Origin: Gemmataceae bacterium
GTDB lineage: Bacteria; Planctomycetota; Planctomycetia; Gemmatales; Gemmataceae
Direction: 5' to 3'
Assembly (NCBI GenBank): GCA_043744695.1
Contig: JAYTUG010000292.1
Location: forward strand, 785 to 64,784
Length of the DNA stretch: 64,000 nucleotides
In this document: positions 9,056-18,413 of the stretch, piece after piece
Layout of the letters: every line of letters starts with the position of its first letter
Numbering within the stretch: the stretch's first letter is position 1
Made by a program: the position numbers and the translations under genes
The notes under the pieces: model-generated
Databases searched by the model: none
The model's input: the letters and a program-made list of their open reading frames with translations, nothing else
What the model was told of the DNA's origin: nothing

Positions 9056-10537
9056 ATGACCACCGCCACTCTCCCCGCCCCCACAATATCGCACGCCGCG
9101 CTCATCGCGCGCATGCGAGCGATCGTCGGGCCGGATAACGTCCTCACCTCCGCCGCGGACATGGCCGCGTACGAATGCGATGGCTTCACCATCGCCAAGA
9201 CGAAGCCCGATGTCGTCGTCTTTCCCACGAGCACCGAACACATCGTCGGCATCGTGAAGGCCTGCGCCGAACTCGACGTGAAGTTCCTGGCTCGTGGGGC
9301 CGGCACGAGCCTGGCCGGCGGCTGCGTACTCGTCGGCGGCGGCGTCATGATCGCGCTCGCCCGCATGAAGCGCATTCTGGAAGTGAACGTCCGCGATCGC
9401 TACGCCATCGTCGAACCCGGCGTCGTGAACGTCTGGCTCACCAACGCCCTCAAACCGCACGGCTACCACTACGCCCCCGACCCTTCGAGCCAGGGGGCCT
9501 GCACCATTGGTGGCAACGTCGCCACCAACTCCGGCGGCCCGCACACGCTCAAGTACGGCGTCACGGTCAATCACATTCTCGGCGTCGAAATCGTGCTGCC
9601 CGATGGCCGCGTCGTCACGTGCGGCGGGCCGTGCGAAGACAACCCCGGCTTCGATCTCACCGGTGCGATCGTCGGCAGCGAAGGCACTTTCGGCGTCGTC
9701 AGCAAAGTCTGGGTGCGGCTCACCCGCAACCCGGAAGCCTACCGCACGCTGCTCGGCGTCTTCAACACCGTAGACGATGCGACCACCACGATCAGCGAGA
9801 TCATCGGGGCCGGCATCGTTCCCGGCGCACTCGAATTGCTCGACCAGATGATGCTCAGTGCCGTGGAAGCCGCATTCAAGTTCGGCTTCCCGCTCGACGC
9901 CGGTGCCGTGCTCATCATGGAAGTGGATGGCCTCGAAGCGGGACTTCAATCGGAAGCGGACCGCATGCAAGAGATCGCGCTGCGTTGCGGGGCCCGCGAG
10001 GTTCGCAAGGCGAACACCGAGCCCGACCGCATGGCCTTGTGGAAGGCCCGCAAGCAAGCCTTCGGCACCATCGGCCGGCTCGGGTACCCGAGTTACTGCA
10101 CCCAAGATGGCGTGGTGCCGCGAACCAAACTCCCTCAGATCATGCGGCACATTCAAGCTGCGAGCAAGAAGCACAATATCGCCATCTGCAACGTCTTCCA
10201 CGCCGGCGACGGCAACATTCACCCCATTTTGATGTTCGACGAACGCGATCCGGATCAGGTGCAGCGCGTGCTCGACGCCAGCCACGACATCCTGGACGAG
10301 TGCATCCGCCTGGGCGGCTCCGTAACCGGCGAACACGGCATCGGCGTCGAGAAGCTCGACTTCATGCCGAAGATGTTCACGCCGGAGGATCTGGCGTTCA
10401 TGATGCGGTTGCGAATCGCGTTCAACCCGGAGAACCGCTGTTCGCCCGGCAAGCTCTTCCCGACGGCCGGCAGTTGCACGGAGCACGGCCACGGCGGCAT
10501 CGTGCAGACGAAACCAGGACGAAGAGCCGCAGTATGA
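9056..10537 (+). CDS. glcD: FAD-linked glycolate oxidase subunit GlcD
   Basis: 493 aa. FAD-binding PCMH domain (VVVFPTSTEHIVGIVKAC, ARGAGTSLAGG, GGNVATNSGGPHTLKYGVT), C-terminal GEHGIG motif and CNVFHAGDGNIHP, all typical of GlcD. Confidence 0.85.
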   Translation: MTTATLPAPTISHAALIARMRAIVGPDNVLTSAADMAAYECDGFTIAKTKPDVVVFPTSTEHIVGIVKACAELDVKFLARGAGTSLAGGCVLVGGGVMIALARMKRILEVNVRDRYAIVEPGVVNVWLTNALKPHGYHYAPDPSSQGACTIGGNVATNSGGPHTLKYGVTVNHILGVEIVLPDGRVVTCGGPCEDNPGFDLTGAIVGSEGTFGVVSKVWVRLTRNPEAYRTLLGVFNTVDDATTTISEIIGAGIVPGALELLDQMMLSAVEAAFKFGFPLDAGAVLIMEVDGLEAGLQSEADRMQEIALRCGAREVRKANTEPDRMALWKARKQAFGTIGRLGYPSYCTQDGVVPRTKLPQIMRHIQAASKKHNIAICNVFHAGDGNIHPILMFDERDPDQVQRVLDASHDILDECIRLGGSVTGEHGIGVEKLDFMPKMFTPEDLAFMMRLRIAFNPENRCSPGKLFPTAGSCTEHGHGGIVQTKPGRRAAV

Positions 10538-10580
10538 AGTATGATAAGTGTCGTGCGATAAACCCGACGAGTAGAGCGCG

Positions 10581-10817
10581 ATGAGCCAGATCATTCTCGA
10601 AGACGACCTAAAAACGAAGTTAACTGGGTCGAGTCGGACAATCGAGGTTCAAGCCGCAGACGGCAGGATCGTGGGCCAATTCGTTCCGCAAGCTCTGTAC
10701 TTAAAGCTCATGTACGCCTGGGCACAGGCCGCGGTCACGGATGAGGAACTGGATCGAGCGGATCTGGAGCCGGTTGAACCGCTGGGCGATGTCTACAAGC
10801 TGTTGAGGGCGGTATGA
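10581..10817 (+). CDS. putative antitoxin of a type II TA pair
   Basis: 78-aa ORF with an acidic C-terminus. It overlaps the downstream ParE-like ORF by 4 bp (ATGA at 10814-10817). No domain recognised; the call is by context. Confidence 0.5.
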   Translation: MSQIILEDDLKTKLTGSSRTIEVQAADGRIVGQFVPQALYLKLMYAWAQAAVTDEELDRADLEPVEPLGDVYKLLRAV

Positions 10818-11077
10818 ATTTCATCGTCGTCTGGGCCACCTTGGCCAAGGAACAACTGACTGGGCTGCTCGCCGATCCCGAATTGCAGATGGACGTCATT
10901 CGCGCGTTCTATCGAGTCGAGGCCATCCTCGGGTACTTTCCGGAACAAGTGGGTGAATCGCGAGGCACGAACAAACGAATCGTTATTGAAACTCCGCTCA
11001 CGGTGTACTATCGAATTGATCGAGCCAACAAGTTAGTGCGTATCCTGCGGGTCCTCGTTCCGAATCAAGAACCATGA
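10814..11077 (+). CDS. ParE/RelE-superfamily toxin-like protein
   Basis: 87 aa with the ParE-like pattern (FIVVW...A..QL, ...FPEQVGESRGTNKRIVIETPLTVYYRIDRANKLVRILRV). Its stop overlaps the glcE ATG (ATGA at 11074-11077). Confidence 0.6.
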   Translation: MNFIVVWATLAKEQLTGLLADPELQMDVIRAFYRVEAILGYFPEQVGESRGTNKRIVIETPLTVYYRIDRANKLVRILRVLVPNQEP

Positions 11078-12369
11078 CTCTCTCTCCGATTGCCAAGCGA
11101 GCGCCTCCCACCGTGAAATCCCTTCTCATCAATGATTTCGGCCCCCTTCCCGTTCGACGGCCCACGTCGGTCGCGGAACTTTGCGGCCTCGTGAAAGAGG
11201 CTGCCGCCGGCGGTCAGGGCGTCTATCCCGTTGGCGGCCGGACGACGCTCGACGTCGGCTTTCCGCCGATCAAACCGGGCTTTGCCCTCGATACCACAGC
11301 CCTCAATCAGGTCATCGATTATCCGGCGCGCGACATGACGATCACGGTGCAGGCCGGCATCACGATGGCGAGGTTGCAAGCCACGCTCGCGGCGGAGGGG
11401 CAGTGGCTACCGATCGACGTGCCGAACCCCGAGCAATCCACGATCGGCGGCGCGGTGGCCTTAAACAAAAGCGGCCCTCGTCGCTATGGGTATGGCACAC
11501 TCCGCGATTACGTGATCGGCATCAGCTTCGCGACGGACGAGGGCAACGAGGTGAAGGCCGGCGGCCGCGTCGTCAAGAACGTCGCCGGCTACGACCTCAT
11601 GAAGTTGCAGGTCGGCGCGGTCGGCACGCTCGGCGTGGTCACGCAACTCACGCTCAAAGTGAAGCCGCGGCCGGAGACTTCGGCCATGGTCTTGTTCGGA
11701 AGCGGCAGCGGGGGCTACGTACCGGAAATTCTCGATTTGCTTCATGCTTCGAAATCGCGGCCGGTCGCCGTTCAAGTGGTGAGCCCATCGGTGACGAGGC
11801 GAGTGCCGCTCGGCGTTCGCGGGTTCGGGTACGTTCTCGGCTTCGAGGAGAAATCGGAAACGGTTGAGTGGCAAATCAAGACGCTGCGATCCGAACTGGC
11901 CAAGGCGCGCGAGAACGCGATCCACGAGATCGTCGAGCTTCGCGGAGCAGAGGTCGGCCCGGTGTGGCGGGCATTAGCCGAGTTGCAGAGCCGTCCCGAA
12001 TCCCAGGTGATCTACAAGGTGAGCACGCGCCCGAGTCGCGTCGCCTCGTATTTCGCGCGGAGCGCGGCTGGCGGCCCGGATCTCCTGTTCGCTGAGGCCC
12101 TGAGCGGTATCGTTTGGGGAGCATCCGAAGGCGACGCAAACGAGGCGATGGCCGTGGAGCGGTTGCAGGAACTGATCAACAGCCCCTCGTCCCCGCAGTC
12201 GGAGCGGGAAGAGGCGAGGGTCGCGATTCGCCGCTGTCCCACCGCCTGGAAAAAATCGCTGCCCATCTGGGGAAAGCCCGGCAGCGACCGCGAACTGATG
12301 CGCCACGTGAAGCGGACCCTCGACCCGATGAATGTGTTCAACCCCGGTCGGCTCTTCGGCGACCTGTGA
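11074..12369 (+). CDS. glcE: glycolate oxidase FAD-binding subunit GlcE
   Basis: 431 aa. FAD PCMH-type domain (VYPVGGRTTLDVG, STIGGAVALNKSGPRRYGYGTLRDYVIGISF, GGRVVKNVAGYDLMKL, GTLGVVTQLTLKV). Follows glcD. Confidence 0.8.
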   Translation: MTLSPIAKRAPPTVKSLLINDFGPLPVRRPTSVAELCGLVKEAAAGGQGVYPVGGRTTLDVGFPPIKPGFALDTTALNQVIDYPARDMTITVQAGITMARLQATLAAEGQWLPIDVPNPEQSTIGGAVALNKSGPRRYGYGTLRDYVIGISFATDEGNEVKAGGRVVKNVAGYDLMKLQVGAVGTLGVVTQLTLKVKPRPETSAMVLFGSGSGGYVPEILDLLHASKSRPVAVQVVSPSVTRRVPLGVRGFGYVLGFEEKSETVEWQIKTLRSELAKARENAIHEIVELRGAEVGPVWRALAELQSRPESQVIYKVSTRPSRVASYFARSAAGGPDLLFAEALSGIVWGASEGDANEAMAVERLQELINSPSSPQSEREEARVAIRRCPTAWKKSLPIWGKPGSDRELMRHVKRTLDPMNVFNPGRLFGDL

Positions 12370-12395
12370 ACAACAAGAATTCGCGGGCTTACTTC

Positions 12396-12564
12396 CACCT
12401 CGCCTCCGGCTTTGCGGGGGAGAGGTCGCGATGCCGATGCGAATGCATCGGCAACGCGGGTGAGGGGGCGCTGCGGTGTGTCTCAAAAACGCCCCCTCAC
12501 CCGGATCGAAGTTGCATTCGCAACTTCGATCCGACCTCTCCCCCGCAGAGCCGGGGGCGAGGTG
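12396..12564 (+). repeat. 169-nt composite palindromic element (BIME-like), possibly a structured RNA: perfect four-way junction
   Basis: Checked base by base. P1 is 12396-12428 paired with 12532-12564 (33 bp: 31 Watson-Crick plus 2 T:G). P2 is the hairpin 12429-12456 (loop GAAT, one A:A mismatch). P3 is the hairpin 12457-12503 (14 bp, 19-nt loop). P4 is the hairpin 12504-12531 (12 bp, loop ATTC). All four helices abut with no unpaired junction nucleotides. Confidence 0.8.
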
Positions 12565-12588
12565 TAAGAGGCGGCCCTTATTCTTCCG

Positions 12589-14292
12589 ATGGTTGCCATG
12601 TCCTTCAAACGATTTTTGCTCGTTCGCCTGGGCCGGGTGCTTACGGCTCCGGTGCGCCGTAACTTGCGGCACTTTGAAGCCGCCTGCCTGAATCCCGAAG
12701 CGGTTCAAACCGCTCTCCTCTTACAGATCCTTCGCAAGCAAACCGACACCGGGTTCGGCCGCGATCACCACTTCGGCACGATTCGCACCGTCGCCGACTT
12801 CCGCAAGAATGTGCCGATCGCGCCGTACGAATACGTCGCTCCGTACATCGAGCGCGTGATGAGAGGCGAGACGCGGGCTTTGCTCGCGGACAAGCGCGTT
12901 CACATGTTCGCACTCACGTCGGGCACCACGGCGAGCCGCAAGCTCATCCCCGTGACGGACGATTATCTCGCGGCCTACAAGCGCGGGTGGAACATGTGGG
13001 GCGTGAAGATGTACCGCGATCACCGCGGGCGGAAGATCGCCATGCGGCCGATCGTGCAGTTCGGCGGCGACCCCGACGAGTTCCGCACCGAGGCCGGCAT
13101 CCCCTGCGGCAACCTCTCCGGCTACACCGCCCAAATCCAGCGCCGACTCATCCGCTGGATGTACGTGAACCCGTCTGCCGCGTTCAAACTGAAGGATCCG
13201 AAAGCGCGCTTCTACATCGCACTGCGGTTCGCACTGGGCCGCAATGTGTCGCAGTTTATGGCCGCGAACCCGAGCACGCTTGTGCAACTGGCCCGCACCC
13301 TCGACGGCGAGAAGGAACACCTCATCCGCGACCTCGCGGACGGCACGCTTCGCGCCGACCTCGACCTTCCGCACGAAATCCGAGCGGCACTCGCGCCGAA
13401 AGTGAAGCGCGACCCGATCCTCGCGAAGCACCTCGCGGCCATCGCCAGCCAGACCGGCCACTTGTTTCCCAAGGATGTGTGGCTGCCCGAAACCACGATC
13501 ATCAACACGTGGACGGGCGGCAGCATGGGGCCTTACCTGAGGCAACTCCCTCAGTATTTCGGCGAGCCGCCGGTGCGCGATCTCGGCCTGCTCGCCAGCG
13601 AAGGCCGCATGACGATCCCGTTCGCGAACCACACGTCGAGCGGCGTACTCGACATCTGGTCGCACTACTTCGAGTTCGTGCCGGAGGGTGAGATCGACTC
13701 GCTCCAGCCGACGGTACTCGGTGCCCACGAATTGAAACTGGGCGGCAGCTACTACATCGTGCCGACCACCCTCTACGGCCTCTATCGCTACCACATCTCA
13801 GACCTCGTTCGCGTGACCGGATTCTTCGGCAACACGCCGGAGGTCGAGTTCCTCGGCAAGGGGCACCGCTTCGCGAATCTCACCGGCGAGAAACTGAGCG
13901 AGTACCACGTGACCCGCGCGATGGACGTCGTGGCGAAGCGCGTCCAGCAGCCAATCACAGCTTACTCACTCGCTCCCGTCTTCGACGAAACGGCGTCTTT
14001 CTATTCGATCTTCCTCGAGGAGCAGGACGCGGCGAACGAACTAGCCCTTCGAACGTTCTTGGACGAACTCGACCGGGCGCTCGGCGAGGAGAACATCGAG
14101 TACGCGGCGAAGCGCGACAGCGGTCGCCTCGGTCGCCTACGGGCGGCGATCATTCCCACGGGAAGCTGGCAGGTCTGGGATCGCGCACGCCTCGCGAAAT
14201 GCGGCGGCTCACCGGAACAGTACAAGCATCCCTGCCTGATCGGCGACATGGGATTTAAGGAAACGATGCGGGTGGTGCGGGAAGTGGGGTGA
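12589..14292 (+). CDS. GH3-family (auxin-responsive GH3-like) acyl-acid amido synthetase-like protein
   Basis: 567 aa. The N-terminal GH3 signature context (FALTSGTTASRKLIPVT, adenylate-forming-like) and overall length fit bacterial GH3 domain proteins. An alternative start exists at 12598. Confidence 0.75.
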   Translation: MVAMSFKRFLLVRLGRVLTAPVRRNLRHFEAACLNPEAVQTALLLQILRKQTDTGFGRDHHFGTIRTVADFRKNVPIAPYEYVAPYIERVMRGETRALLADKRVHMFALTSGTTASRKLIPVTDDYLAAYKRGWNMWGVKMYRDHRGRKIAMRPIVQFGGDPDEFRTEAGIPCGNLSGYTAQIQRRLIRWMYVNPSAAFKLKDPKARFYIALRFALGRNVSQFMAANPSTLVQLARTLDGEKEHLIRDLADGTLRADLDLPHEIRAALAPKVKRDPILAKHLAAIASQTGHLFPKDVWLPETTIINTWTGGSMGPYLRQLPQYFGEPPVRDLGLLASEGRMTIPFANHTSSGVLDIWSHYFEFVPEGEIDSLQPTVLGAHELKLGGSYYIVPTTLYGLYRYHISDLVRVTGFFGNTPEVEFLGKGHRFANLTGEKLSEYHVTRAMDVVAKRVQQPITAYSLAPVFDETASFYSIFLEEQDAANELALRTFLDELDRALGEENIEYAAKRDSGRLGRLRAAIIPTGSWQVWDRARLAKCGGSPEQYKHPCLIGDMGFKETMRVVREVG

Positions 14293-14380
14293 GATTCGCT
14301 GAAAAGCGAACGGTGCGAGCATCTACGGCCCGGACGACACCGCCGTCTTGCGATCACTTCACCAGTGACGTAGACGGCGA

Positions 14381-16384
14381 TCATCGCAACTGCGGGAGGA
14401 ACCACGAATTGAGTTTGACAATATCGGGAGGCTCCAACGCCTGGACTTTCGCATATTCCGCCACTGCCTCCGGCTTCTTGCCTTCCTTTAAGAGACACTG
14501 GACCCACAGGCTTCGAGCTTCGACACTGGCGGGATCGAGTTCCAACCATCGGCAGCAGTGCGGTCGCAGTTCATCCCACGCCTCCCGGCCGGTCAACAGC
14601 GTCGCAAGATTCTTCCGATACTCCGCCACCCAAGGGTTCACCTCGACGGCCCGCCTCCAGTAATCGATGGCTTCGGCTCGACGCCCAAGGTCGCGATGGA
14701 TCGTACCCAACGTCACTAGGGCGGTCTCGTGTCGGGGAGCGCGGAGAAGCAGGGTTTCGCAAGCGGCGATCGCACTCTCGGGGCGCTGGATGGTCTGCAA
14801 GATCTTCCCTTTTGCTTCCAGGGCGTCCTTGTCGCCAGGACACTCCGCCAGCGCCCGATCGAGAAGCCCCACGGCAAATTCGCCATCGCGCTCGGATAGC
14901 GGGAAACCATTTTGTGTGAGTTGGTACATCGCGACACCGAGATCGCGAGCCTGCCCGTTGTCGCTCAAATTCGGCGATCCTCGGTGGAAGTCCAGTAAAG
15001 GAACCTCGCGGTTTGGGCGCTTCGGACGCGGACGATCCGGTTCCGCCTTGGCCAGCCGGATGATCCGGTGGTCCGTCGATGCCGTGTGTACGATGTCCGT
15101 CGTGGCCGACCGCGGCATGTGGCAGGTGAAGCAACTATCGTCGGCGTTCGTCTTGCGGCGCTCGACCTCGGAGATACGGCACTCCGTCGCCGGGCGAGTG
15201 TGACACTGTAAGCAGCGGTTGCGAAAGTATCCGGCGCGCTGGATGGGAGCCACGGCTTCGTGGGGGTTGTGGCACGAAGTGCAGCCCATCTTGCGGCCGG
15301 CAGGACTCCGCTGGAAGCAGAGGCTCGCGCACATCTGCTCCACATGACTGACTGCTTTGGACTCCACCCCCGTTCCCGGGCCACGGACGTACACGGTCAG
15401 GAATTCTTGCAGCGGCATGCCCGGACGGAAATCGTTGAGCGCTCGTCCTCTCCGCAACACTCGTGTGGCCCCTTCCAGATGGCACTGCTGACAGACTGCT
15501 TCCCGCAGTTCTGGCTCCAGACGCTTCGGATCGACGATGTCGTCTTTCTGCGACGACCGGGCGTGAAGTTCTCCCGGACCGTGACACCGCTCGCATCCGA
15601 TCGAGTGGCCGCGAAACACCGGCTCGGTGTAACGGTTGCGCGTGTCTTCGACCGGTTCGACTCGATTCGCATGGCAGTAGAGGCAGGCGCCCTGGATGAG
15701 TCGGCCGGCCCGCGCCCACGGCGGAAAGCCCGGCGAGAGATCCCAAATCTGCTTTTGAGAAAACCAACTGATCGGCGTTTGGAATACGAACCCGTCCTGG
15801 ACGGTTAAATACGAATGGCCGTTGACCCCCGACCCGACGACGGTATTGACCTCGTGTGCAAACTCGTAAATCGGCTTCCCTTCCGGGGTGAGGCGGGCCT
15901 GATGGTGAGAGACCCGGTTCCCCTGAACATCGACGCGAAACTGGATGCTGAATGCCTCGAAGGGATTGTGGTGGGCCGGGTCGAGCGGCAAGCGCCCCGA
16001 GAACTGGGCGATGGGAACTGTGGAACGCCCCATCGGGTGTTGGCTGTAAGTGCGGGCGATCTCCGCGTGGCACTCGGCACACGTTGCGTCGCCGACGTAC
16101 TTCACGCCGGGGCGAACGTTGTGGAACGGACCGACATACGACTGTCGCGGGTCGGGTGGCAGCAATCCCTCCGGTGGACGCTCCTCTGGGACGGGCTCTG
16201 CGGGTATCGGCTGGAAGTACCCCCAACACGCCACCGCCACCCCGACCGCAATCGCCACAGCAATCAGCCCGACGCGCCACGCTTTTTGGATACCGGGTGT
16301 CGGAGTGGAGGTGTCTCGGGTCATGGAATCGACCGATGAATCGATTGAGTTGACGGTGAGCGGATGCTTACCCTGTGGACCCAT
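14381..16384 (-). CDS. multiheme c-type cytochrome fused to C-terminal TPR repeats
   Basis: 667 aa with an N-terminal TM segment and seven CxxCH motifs (CAECH, CLYCH, CERCH, CQQCH, CTSCH, CLQCH, CFTCH). The C-terminal ~170 aa are TPR-like (ALVTLGTIHRDLGRRAEAIDYWRRAVEVNPW...). Confidence 0.85.
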   Translation of the reverse strand: MGPQGKHPLTVNSIDSSVDSMTRDTSTPTPGIQKAWRVGLIAVAIAVGVAVACWGYFQPIPAEPVPEERPPEGLLPPDPRQSYVGPFHNVRPGVKYVGDATCAECHAEIARTYSQHPMGRSTVPIAQFSGRLPLDPAHHNPFEAFSIQFRVDVQGNRVSHHQARLTPEGKPIYEFAHEVNTVVGSGVNGHSYLTVQDGFVFQTPISWFSQKQIWDLSPGFPPWARAGRLIQGACLYCHANRVEPVEDTRNRYTEPVFRGHSIGCERCHGPGELHARSSQKDDIVDPKRLEPELREAVCQQCHLEGATRVLRRGRALNDFRPGMPLQEFLTVYVRGPGTGVESKAVSHVEQMCASLCFQRSPAGRKMGCTSCHNPHEAVAPIQRAGYFRNRCLQCHTRPATECRISEVERRKTNADDSCFTCHMPRSATTDIVHTASTDHRIIRLAKAEPDRPRPKRPNREVPLLDFHRGSPNLSDNGQARDLGVAMYQLTQNGFPLSERDGEFAVGLLDRALAECPGDKDALEAKGKILQTIQRPESAIAACETLLLRAPRHETALVTLGTIHRDLGRRAEAIDYWRRAVEVNPWVAEYRKNLATLLTGREAWDELRPHCCRWLELDPASVEARSLWVQCLLKEGKKPEAVAEYAKVQALEPPDIVKLNSWFLPQLR

Positions 16385-16677
16385 TACACCCTGAATTCAA
16401 ACCGAGGGGAATCCTTTTTCTTAAGTTCCCTGCCGAGGAAGTCGCAAGGAGTGAGCAACTAAAAAGTGGACGGGTATTGTTACTCTGAAACACGGTGCGC
16501 ACACCGCCGGTGAATCCGGGGAAGGCTGCGATGGTGCTGTCGGCGTTGTACATCCATGTTGAAAGCGTTGCCGCAGCCCCGGCCTTCCCGCGGCGGGCGA
16601 AACGACCGCTTCTGAGATGATGGCAACAACGACCGAACGGCACCATATCCGTCGCGGTGCTGCCGCGAAACCAGCAG

Positions 16678-16753
<76 letters not shown>

Positions 16754-17003
16754 ACCTCCGACAAAAGCTTTGTAGCCATTCACTCGCATTCGGCAACCGA
16801 GTTCGCTTGCTCCGCTTCATTTACCTGCAAGCGGAGCCCAAAATCTCGGCATGTCGCACGCCTTCACTTGAATCCCATCAGTTCGCTCGTTAGCCTCAAC
16901 GGGAAGGGGTTCTCGTTTGCCGAATTTCTCACGCGCCAACGCCGTGGGGTCGCGGCGCGTTGTACCTCGAAATAGGCTTCTTTTCTCCGCTTGCGAGAAT
17001 CCA

Positions 17004-18344
17004 ATGTTTTCCACTCGCTTCTTTTCCTGGACCCTGCTCGCAGCCGGCGGCTTCGCACTCGTTTTGGCGTCGCAAGCAACGTCGGCAAGGCAACCGGGTA
17101 AGGACGATCTCCCGAAACCGCCTCCGAACATACTCGCGTTCAAGGATAGCCCCGCCGACCTTAAAAAGGCCAAGGAAGCCTTTACGACCTTCGCGAAATA
17201 TCAGGCCGACTACATCTCGCATCCCAAGGTTTACTCCACGCCACAGGAGTTCAGCCCGACCCCCGGCAAGGTCCAAACATCGGATCAAATCATCGGCGAC
17301 ATGGGCCGGTTCATCCTCGTGCCCCTGCCCGGGAATCAGATCGGCCCCGATCAGGCGGACTACATTCGGGAATTGGGCCTGGCACTCGATACCGAACTCA
17401 AAATCGTCATAGAGCAGAACGGCTCCGCGGTCGTGCGCGTCAATGCGACTCGGATGTTGGCCGCCGCTTGCCGTTCGGGCGCGACCGCCCATTTCCCGAC
17501 GGTGACTTCTTTGATTACCAACGCGAATACTCCAGCGGAAGTGAAGCACTATGCGTTTCAGGCCGCCGCAAATCTGTTCGCGGCTTACGATCTCAACGAC
17601 TATCCCACTCGGAAGCACGCCAATAAGCCCAAGGAAGTCAGCGATTTGATCGCGGCAGTTCAAGCTGCGATTACGAAGCCAAACGCGATCCTTCCTGCTC
17701 CCGGAACCGGCGGGCCGCTTCCTGCGGATCAAGTCGAAGTCTTGACGTTCATTCGCCGGCAAGCGGTGCGAGCGCTCGCCCAGGTGCGATTTAGTGAGAA
17801 GGTGGCCGGCGGGCCGGAACTCCATCCGGCCTATACGCTGGCCCAAATTGCAATCTCCGATCCCGCAATCGTACCGCCTCCGACGGAAACCGAAGTGGCG
17901 GAAGCCGTCATCGGCATTTGCAACATGGCTCCCCCGACACGTGCGGCGGACAAGGAGCCTTATGCTTATGCGATGGCCGACGCCATCGCAACGGGTATCG
18001 CGACGTTCGCGACGCGACGGGCGGCGGCACCGTTAGACAAGTCTCTCTCCTGGCGCAGTTACGGCGCTCGAATCAGCGACGGGTTGAAGACCTGGCGGCC
18101 GCTGTTCGATCCCATTTACAACCCGCTCAAGCCCACCGTGTTCTCGGCGGCATCCGTTCCCAAGATCGTCGACGACCTTCAGGCCGAAGCGGATAAGCGC
18201 GTGCTGGTTCCCATGTTCGAAGCGAACGGCACCGTGGACGTGAACGGCCTCAAACAGTTCCGCGACAACACGCTGCGAAACGACAAGAAGTGGACGCTGA
18301 GCCCATTCCTTGCCGAACCGAAATTGACGCTTCCGAAACGCTAA
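17004..18344 (+). CDS. hypothetical secreted alpha-helical (HEAT/ARM-like) protein
   Basis: Start taken at MFSTRFFSWTLLAAGGFALVLASQATSA (signal peptide). Ala/Leu-rich helical composition with no specific motif. Confidence 0.6.
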   Translation: MFSTRFFSWTLLAAGGFALVLASQATSARQPGKDDLPKPPPNILAFKDSPADLKKAKEAFTTFAKYQADYISHPKVYSTPQEFSPTPGKVQTSDQIIGDMGRFILVPLPGNQIGPDQADYIRELGLALDTELKIVIEQNGSAVVRVNATRMLAAACRSGATAHFPTVTSLITNANTPAEVKHYAFQAAANLFAAYDLNDYPTRKHANKPKEVSDLIAAVQAAITKPNAILPAPGTGGPLPADQVEVLTFIRRQAVRALAQVRFSEKVAGGPELHPAYTLAQIAISDPAIVPPPTETEVAEAVIGICNMAPPTRAADKEPYAYAMADAIATGIATFATRRAAAPLDKSLSWRSYGARISDGLKTWRPLFDPIYNPLKPTVFSAASVPKIVDDLQAEADKRVLVPMFEANGTVDVNGLKQFRDNTLRNDKKWTLSPFLAEPKLTLPKR

Positions 18345-18413
18345 ATTCCCGTTGCACGTCCGATCGCGCGGGCGGACAATCCTAATAGGACGATTGGCCG
18401 AGGAGATCAAGCC

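Noticed and set aside
9023-10594. 523-aa minus-strand ORF antisense to glcD
   Set aside because: glcD has unmistakable FAD-oxidase motifs. The antisense product is low-complexity (R/A/G/D-rich). Shadow ORF.
16506-16527. GCCGGTGAATCCGGGGAAGGC, superficially like the GGTGAAATCC / GGGAAGGC pieces of a cobalamin riboswitch
   Set aside because: The CCCGC..CTGT core and the GCCACTG B12 box are absent. The fragment is on the strand opposite to the downstream cytochrome gene, and no B12-related gene is nearby.
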